DNA of 64,000 bases from Paenibacillaceae bacterium. Its GTDB lineage: Bacteria; Bacillota; Bacilli; Paenibacillales; UBA4045. This document shows, in pieces, positions 58,827 to 64,000 of the stretch; positions within the stretch are counted from its first letter, which is position 1; every line of letters begins with the position of its first letter. The stretch lies in NCBI GenBank assembly GCA_040904605.1, contig JBBDTA010000137.1, positions 9,284 to 73,283 of the forward strand, given 5' to 3'. The notes under the pieces are model-generated. The model saw nothing but the letters and a program-made list of their open reading frames with translations, had not been told where the DNA came from and did not search any database. The position numbers and the translations under genes are program-made.

Positions 58827-59930
58827 ATGAGTGAAACAATGAAGAAAATTGCCATTTTTGGAGTCGGATTAATTGGAGGATCGTTGGCATTATGCTTCAA
58901 GGGGAAACCTGGCATGCATGTCATCGGTTATTCGAATAATCCAAATTCCATTCCCAAATATCTAAAGCATGGTGTAGTCGATGAGGCTACTACCTCTATT
59001 GAGGAAGCGGCTATGGATGCTGACTTCATATTCTTATGTGTACCTGTGGGGATGCTGGAGTTTTATCTTCAGCGTCTTCATGAATTAAAGCTTAAAGCAG
59101 GATGTATTATTACGGATGTGGGAAGCACTAAAAATTCGATCGTACAATTCAGCGAGAAGCTGCAGCAAGCAGGCGTTTATTTTATCGGTGGGCATCCAAT
59201 GGCAGGTAAGGAAAAGTCAGGCGTTGAAGCGGCCACATCACATTTGTTCGAGAACGCATTCTATGTGCTAACACCGACTCATCGTGTGCCCGAAGATGTT
59301 TACCAAGAGTTAGTCCGATTATTAAATTTGACGAAGGCTCAGATCGTACGTATTGAACCACATCTGCATGATGAGATTGTTGGGGCTGTTAGCCACTTGC
59401 CACATATTATTGCTGTTGCACTAGTTAATCAAATTTCTAAATATAATAATTCCAACGATCTATACCAGCTGCTTGCAGCAGGTGGATTTCGAGATATTAC
59501 TAGAATCGCGTCAAGTGAGCCTGTGATCTGGCGGGATATTCTGCTTAATAATAAAGAAATTTTACTCGGATTACTACAAGATTGGAACGCAGAGGTTTCT
59601 ACATTTATTCAATTGTTGCAAGATGATAATGGGGCAGGGATAGAACAAGAATTCCTTCGAGCAGGATCGTTCCGCAGCCTATTACCTGAACGTAGAAAGG
59701 GAATCATTCAGTCACAATACGAAATTTATGTAGATGTACCGGACCAACCGGGGATTATCGGGATGATTGCGACTAAGCTGGGGGATCATAGAGTAAATCT
59801 GAGTAATATTCAGGTTATTGAGAATAGGATGGATGATCCAGGGGTGCTGCGGCTGTCCTTTCGAGAAGAACAGGATATGGAGAAAGCTGTCGATCTGCTG
59901 AAGCAATTGAATTGTTTGATCCATATTTAA
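58827..59930 (+). CDS. tyrA: Prephenate dehydrogenase with C-terminal ACT domain
   Basis: 367 aa with the IAIFGVGLIGGS Rossmann motif. ATG 58839 is an alternative start. Confidence 0.92.
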   Translation: MSETMKKIAIFGVGLIGGSLALCFKGKPGMHVIGYSNNPNSIPKYLKHGVVDEATTSIEEAAMDADFIFLCVPVGMLEFYLQRLHELKLKAGCIITDVGSTKNSIVQFSEKLQQAGVYFIGGHPMAGKEKSGVEAATSHLFENAFYVLTPTHRVPEDVYQELVRLLNLTKAQIVRIEPHLHDEIVGAVSHLPHIIAVALVNQISKYNNSNDLYQLLAAGGFRDITRIASSEPVIWRDILLNNKEILLGLLQDWNAEVSTFIQLLQDDNGAGIEQEFLRAGSFRSLLPERRKGIIQSQYEIYVDVPDQPGIIGMIATKLGDHRVNLSNIQVIENRMDDPGVLRLSFREEQDMEKAVDLLKQLNCLIHI

Positions 59931-59971
59931 GAAGATTTTTCGGAAATTAATAATACGTTTACATTTTTTCA

Positions 59972-60000
59972 TTGACAGAATGAAAACGGATACATATAAT
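59972..60000 (+). promoter_or_regulatory. Consensus sigma-A promoter with no ORF behind it
   Basis: TTGACA (59972-59977), exactly 17-nt spacer, TATAAT (59995-60000). Confidence 0.7.
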
Positions 60001-60004
60001 AAAA

Positions 60005-60080
60005 GTACAGTATGGTTTCTCTCCACTCCTATCCGAAATATATGGCACTCTGTGCAGCCACCGAAAGGTGGATTTTTTTT
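60005..60080 (+). ncRNA. Candidate small RNA or leader transcript (about 75 nt, CU-rich)
   Basis: It is bounded by the consensus promoter and by CCACC-GAAA-GGTGG plus A-U8 (60058-60080). It contains UUUCUCUCCACUCCUAUCC. No SD-preceded ORF is present. Confidence 0.4.
60058..60080 (+). terminator. Short GNRA-loop hairpin plus U8
   Basis: CCACC GAAA GGTGG, then A, then TTTTTTTT. Confidence 0.5.
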
Positions 60081-60323
60081 GTCTGTTCAGGTATTTTCCT
60101 ATATATGGCAACGTACAATGAATTTAATTAGTATTTATTTGGAGAAGCTTTTGTCGAAAAAGCAGGAATTTCCCTAATCAACACAGAATAAAACCTATTA
60201 CTGCATGTATCAATCATAATATTGATTATCTTCTACACATAGATCGCAACTTTTTGCTCCCAGTATGGTAATAAGATGTATATGCTGGGGAGCCCCTTGG
60301 AATCGCGAGGAGGGCCGCTTGTA

Positions 60324-60917
60324 ATGACCGATTCCCAGCTTATTAGAGAAATTAAAGACGGTAACGTCCAGCTTTATGCTGAACTGATGGCGCGTTATGA
60401 ACGTAAAATCCTCAGTTTTATTTTCCATATGCTCAAAAGCGCCCATCTTGAGATGATCGCCGAAGATTTATGTGCTGAAACATTCTATAAAGCTTATCGC
60501 AGCCTTCAAACGTTCCGTGAGGTGGAGGCGTCCTTCTCCACGTGGCTATATACAATAGCTAGGAATACCGTCCTTAGTGAGATGCGCAAGCATAAGAGCA
60601 ACATGGTATCACTTGAAGATAGTGGTTATATACCTCAATCGTCCGTTGGGGATTCACCCGAACAGATGATATTACGTAATGAGACGGTGACCATGGTTAG
60701 AGATGCGATTAATAACTTACCTGAGAAACAACGCTCCGCTCTGATTCTTAGAGAGTACGATCAGTTAGATTATCAGGAGATTGCTAATATATTAGGTCAA
60801 ACCGTTAGTTCAGTTAAATCTTTATTGTTCCGAGCAAGAGCAAGCGTAAAGACGCAGTTAGAGCCCTACTTAGCAGAGCCCATGTTAAGAGAGTATGAAG
60901 GGATGAATCAGCGATGA
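60324..60917 (+). CDS. ECF-type RNA polymerase sigma-70 family factor
   Basis: Region 2 (FSTWLYTIARN) and region 4 (LREYDQLDYQEIANILGQTVSSVKSLLFRAR) are recognisable. ATG 60324 follows SD GAGGAGGG. Confidence 0.88.
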   Translation: MTDSQLIREIKDGNVQLYAELMARYERKILSFIFHMLKSAHLEMIAEDLCAETFYKAYRSLQTFREVEASFSTWLYTIARNTVLSEMRKHKSNMVSLEDSGYIPQSSVGDSPEQMILRNETVTMVRDAINNLPEKQRSALILREYDQLDYQEIANILGQTVSSVKSLLFRARASVKTQLEPYLAEPMLREYEGMNQR

Positions 60918-61519
60918 ATTGCAATGAATGTACTGAAATTTTAGCCGAATACTGGGATTTACCGGATAATGACATACGTAAAGTGTCTGTTAATCGACAT
61001 CTCAGCACATGTCTAGCTTGTCGCGAGGAATTCGAGATATGGAAAACGAGCACAGAATGGATTCAGTTTTCTCGAGATACTGAACAAGCGGTGGATTCGT
61101 ATAAACCCATATCGACAGATGTTATGAGTCGTATTTATAAGGATGAATCATGGCGATTACCGGTAACTTTCAGAAGCTATATGTTTTCTTATAAAGTCAG
61201 AAGGAATATAATGGCGACCTTCGCCTTGTTCATGGCATTATTCATCGGTACTTTCATCAATTCATTGATTAGCGGATCTGAGTTCAGTACAGATTTCAAT
61301 GAAATGACAGGAATTATCGATACGGCCCATGCAGATGAATTGAATTTAGATGGAAACCCTACGATGTTCGATGGAATGCCAGTTGCCAGTATTAGTGCAC
61401 CAACCATAGTACGAATGGGGCCGATTCAAACCTATACTGACTATTTATTGGCCTTAAGTATTCTTGGTTTTGTTATTACACTCCTCATAATGAACTGGTT
61501 ATCTCGACTACGCGCATAA
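60914..61519 (+). CDS. Anti-sigma factor with an N-terminal zf-HC2 domain
   Basis: H-x3-C-x2-C motif (HLSTCLACREEF) and two TM segments. ATGA overlap with the sigma factor gene. Confidence 0.8.
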   Translation: MNCNECTEILAEYWDLPDNDIRKVSVNRHLSTCLACREEFEIWKTSTEWIQFSRDTEQAVDSYKPISTDVMSRIYKDESWRLPVTFRSYMFSYKVRRNIMATFALFMALFIGTFINSLISGSEFSTDFNEMTGIIDTAHADELNLDGNPTMFDGMPVASISAPTIVRMGPIQTYTDYLLALSILGFVITLLIMNWLSRLRA

Positions 61520-61526
61520 AGACGAG

Positions 61527-61558
61527 CCTCTACCCTTCTAAGGGTTTGAGGTTTTTTT
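61527..61558 (+). terminator. Intrinsic terminator after the anti-sigma gene
   Basis: CCTC-ACCCTT..AAGGGT-GAGG composite stem followed by TTTTTTT. Confidence 0.7.
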
Positions 61559-61583
61559 GAGTTTGTGGAAAGTGAGGGAATTC

Positions 61584-62177
61584 ATGACACAATTTGCAAT
61601 CGTTCGTCACGGTGTGACGGATTGGAATGTAGAGGGGCGTATGCAGGGCCATCGAGATATTCCCCTGAATGAGGCGGGTATCATACAGGCTGCACGTATT
61701 GCTGAACGATTACAACAAGAGCATTGGGATGTCGTTGTGTTCAGCGATTTACAGCGTGCTGCACAAACTGCAGCGTGTATTGCGGAAACAATTGGCATTG
61801 AATGTAGAATAGGGGATCCTCGATTACGGGAGCGTAATTTTGGAAAACTAGAGGGTACTACGATAGAGGAACGGATGGATAGATGGGGTACTGATTGGAA
61901 GCAACTCGATCACGGCGTAGAGGGAGAAGAGTTACTGCTTAGTCGAGCTTTAAATTGTATGGAAGAGTTCTCTAATGAATATAGTAAGCAGAAAATTGTC
62001 ATTGTTACACATGGTGGTTGGATTCGTCAATTTTTCAAGGGTGTCTTTCCTCACGATGTGCTTGATCATCCTAACAATACCTCACTAAGCATCGTTAATA
62101 GGCGTGCCGAAGGCTGGCAATGTTCACTATATAATTGTACGAAGCATCTGAATACGGATCAGAACATATTAGGGTAA
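61584..62177 (+). CDS. Histidine phosphatase family protein (phosphoglycerate mutase-like)
   Basis: RHGVTDWN catalytic motif, with THGG later in the sequence. ATG 61584 follows a GAGGGA SD. Confidence 0.85.
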   Translation: MTQFAIVRHGVTDWNVEGRMQGHRDIPLNEAGIIQAARIAERLQQEHWDVVVFSDLQRAAQTAACIAETIGIECRIGDPRLRERNFGKLEGTTIEERMDRWGTDWKQLDHGVEGEELLLSRALNCMEEFSNEYSKQKIVIVTHGGWIRQFFKGVFPHDVLDHPNNTSLSIVNRRAEGWQCSLYNCTKHLNTDQNILG

Positions 62178-62298
62178 TCTAAGCGCTAAGCGCATAATAT
62201 CCGCTCAAATTCAAATAATGGTAATAGGGCTTATTCAAAAACATAACTTTTTTTGATCAAGCTCTACTAGTAACTCATGCACGATCGGAGGAATTACC

Positions 62299-63414
62299 TT
62301 GAATTTAGCGGATATGCTTTGTTATGCTGATATTCATCAGTTGAATAAAATTGCTCAACATTATCAATGTGTATGCAGTGGGAATTCAAAGAATGAGTTG
62401 ATTCAATCCATTCTGAATGCAATCAACAGGAACGAGTCCTTCAATAAATTTATAGGCGATATGACAATTGAAGATATTCGATTTCTGAACTCTATGCTAT
62501 TCGAGAGTAGTGCTTCCTATAGCTTGGAGGATCTTACTGCTCGTGCAAGTCAAGCTCGTTTCAAATCTACGGTTGGAGGTGGTGATTTATCAAGAGAGAT
62601 GATTAGCGCCTTTAAACAGAAGGGCTGGATATTCAATGGATATTCTCATGAAACCAAATATGCATTCCATGTACCCGACGATTTGAAGGAAAAAGCATGC
62701 AACGCTCTACAGGGGCGATTTCAATCTAATCTAGATCGAGTGGATGAGCCTCCAGCTTATCGCGATGAACAGCACGTGATGGCTGATGACATTATGTATC
62801 TTTTGCGTTATATTGCTCAAGAGGATGTTCCGCTTACGACGGATGGGGCTATGTACAAAAGAGTGCTCATTCAGCTATTGGAGGGAATGACGGTCAAAGA
62901 GCAACCTCTATCTAGAGGGGGATGGCGTTTTGGATACGGTCGCCGATTTCGTGATTACCCGGATCGATTCTCGTTCATCTATGACTATTGTTATTATAAC
63001 GAGTTCATTCGCGAACAGGACGACCAATTACTGCTTACTGACAAAGGTCAGAAGCTTGTCATAACGAATAAAAAAGAAGAGCTTGGACAAATCTTTCGAC
63101 TGTGGATAAGATTATATAAAGGAGCTATCCCTAATGTATTAGCACTCACTCATTGGGTTCAAAGGCTATCAAGTCATTGGATAACAGCAAGCTCACTCAT
63201 TGAGTGCTTAAGTCCGATGGTCAAACCCTTCTATTACGATAATGCTGAAACGATTGTTGAACAGCGAATTCTACAAATGATGATGCATTTGGGGTTGATT
63301 CGGATAGGGGAGAACGGCAGCTGTAAGGTCGTACAAGCCACACAATTGGCAATGCCCGCCATTCGTAATGTCAAGGTTAGTGATGAGGAGGTCATTCGAT
63401 TTAAAAGTATTTGA
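62299..63414 (+). CDS. Hypothetical protein
   Basis: 371-aa ORF with a TTG start after SD GGAGGA. No family recognised from the sequence. Confidence 0.6.
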   Translation: MNLADMLCYADIHQLNKIAQHYQCVCSGNSKNELIQSILNAINRNESFNKFIGDMTIEDIRFLNSMLFESSASYSLEDLTARASQARFKSTVGGGDLSREMISAFKQKGWIFNGYSHETKYAFHVPDDLKEKACNALQGRFQSNLDRVDEPPAYRDEQHVMADDIMYLLRYIAQEDVPLTTDGAMYKRVLIQLLEGMTVKEQPLSRGGWRFGYGRRFRDYPDRFSFIYDYCYYNEFIREQDDQLLLTDKGQKLVITNKKEELGQIFRLWIRLYKGAIPNVLALTHWVQRLSSHWITASSLIECLSPMVKPFYYDNAETIVEQRILQMMMHLGLIRIGENGSCKVVQATQLAMPAIRNVKVSDEEVIRFKSI

Positions 63415-63465
63415 TGGTCGGTGTGCACTATGTATTAGCGTTAATAAGAGGAGAAGGATACATAT

Positions 63466-63981
63466 ATGTTATACGATTACAAAGGAATAAAGCCCAACTT
63501 GAATGAATCTGTCTTTGTCGCAAATGGAGTCAGAATTATTGGTGATGTGAAGATAGAGCAAGAATGTTCTATATGGTACAACGCTGTACTTCGTGGCGAT
63601 TTGGCACCAATTCGAATTGGTCAGAGGACGAATATTCAGGATGGTACCATTGCACATGTTAACGTGGATCAACCACTTCTGATTGGTGAAGATGTTTCTG
63701 TTGGTCATGGTGCGATCATCCATGGCTGCACGATTAGTAAAGGGGCATTAATCGGTATGGGTGCTATTATTCTGAATGGGGCCGTTATTGGTGAATATGC
63801 TTTAATTGGAGCTGGTTCCATCGTAACTGAGAATAAAATCATACCACCATATACCCTCTCATTAGGCTCACCTGCTAGAGTAGTTCGCGAATTAACAGCT
63901 GAGGATCTGAATCGAATGAAGATAACTACGGATAGCTATGTACAGAAGGGGAAGGAATACACCCAGAATGAAGCGAGGTAA
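63466..63981 (+). CDS. Gamma-class carbonic anhydrase-like / left-handed beta-helix hexapeptide-repeat protein
   Basis: 171 aa with hexapeptide repeats and His ligands (IAHVN, VGHGAIIHG), of the YrdA/PaaY-like family. Confidence 0.85.
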   Translation: MLYDYKGIKPNLNESVFVANGVRIIGDVKIEQECSIWYNAVLRGDLAPIRIGQRTNIQDGTIAHVNVDQPLLIGEDVSVGHGAIIHGCTISKGALIGMGAIILNGAVIGEYALIGAGSIVTENKIIPPYTLSLGSPARVVRELTAEDLNRMKITTDSYVQKGKEYTQNEAR

Positions 63982-64000
63982 AGGGCAATGAAATTCAGTG

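Noticed and set aside
59980-60177. 65-aa ORF from the track downstream of tyrA
   Set aside because: Its ATG lies inside the spacer of the consensus promoter. It has no SD. It also reads straight through a hairpin plus U8 terminator. The region is more likely non-coding.
1-64000. CRISPR arrays, tRNA/rRNA genes, transposases, integrases and prophage or defence-island signatures
   Set aside because: None were seen on reading both strands. The window is dominated by conserved housekeeping and sporulation operons with tight intergenic spacing.

Overview
This window looks like a core chromosomal segment of a spore-forming Firmicute, Paenibacillus-like by gene content. That assignment is an inference; no search was run. 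Almost all genes are on the + strand. The order follows the Bacillus subtilis spoVAF-lysA ... rib ... scpAB ... dacB-spmAB ... resABCDE ... serA ... mecB-prsW-ypeB ... cmk-rpsA-der-gpsA ... spoIVA-hbs-mtrB ... hepS-menG-hepT-ndk-cheR-aroCBH-trpEDCFBA-hisC-tyrA region.

Recognisable cis-elements:
- An FMN riboswitch with its terminator ahead of ribD.
- A TRAP-type trp leader with nine (G/U)AG triplets at exact 5-nt phasing plus a terminator. The TRAP gene mtrB lies 10 kb upstream.
- Several consensus sigma-A promoters and many intrinsic terminators.

No rRNA, tRNA, CRISPR array, transposase or integrase was seen, and no obvious defence island or mobile element.

Observations most worth a second look:
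1. A consensus promoter plus terminator bracketing a roughly 75-nt CU-rich non-coding transcript after tyrA (candidate sRNA or leader).
2. A roughly 210-bp nested palindrome built from four copies of a 24-nt box in the ppiB 3' region.
3. An exact 24-nt leader/RBS module shared by lysA and dacB, with related copies at ndk and mtrB.
4. hbs (HU), which only gives a full-length protein with good SD spacing if it starts at AUU. ribD similarly lacks a plausible canonical start.
5. A ubiA-ubiX-mqnA-like trio embedded in the hepS-menG-hepT operon.
6. An IclR-SDR-FAH cassette between ppiB and the rib operon.
7. ypeB without an adjacent sleB.
8. Two sub-60-aa ORFs missing from the ORF track.

Product calls rest on motifs read from the translations and on remembered B. 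subtilis synteny. No database search was possible.
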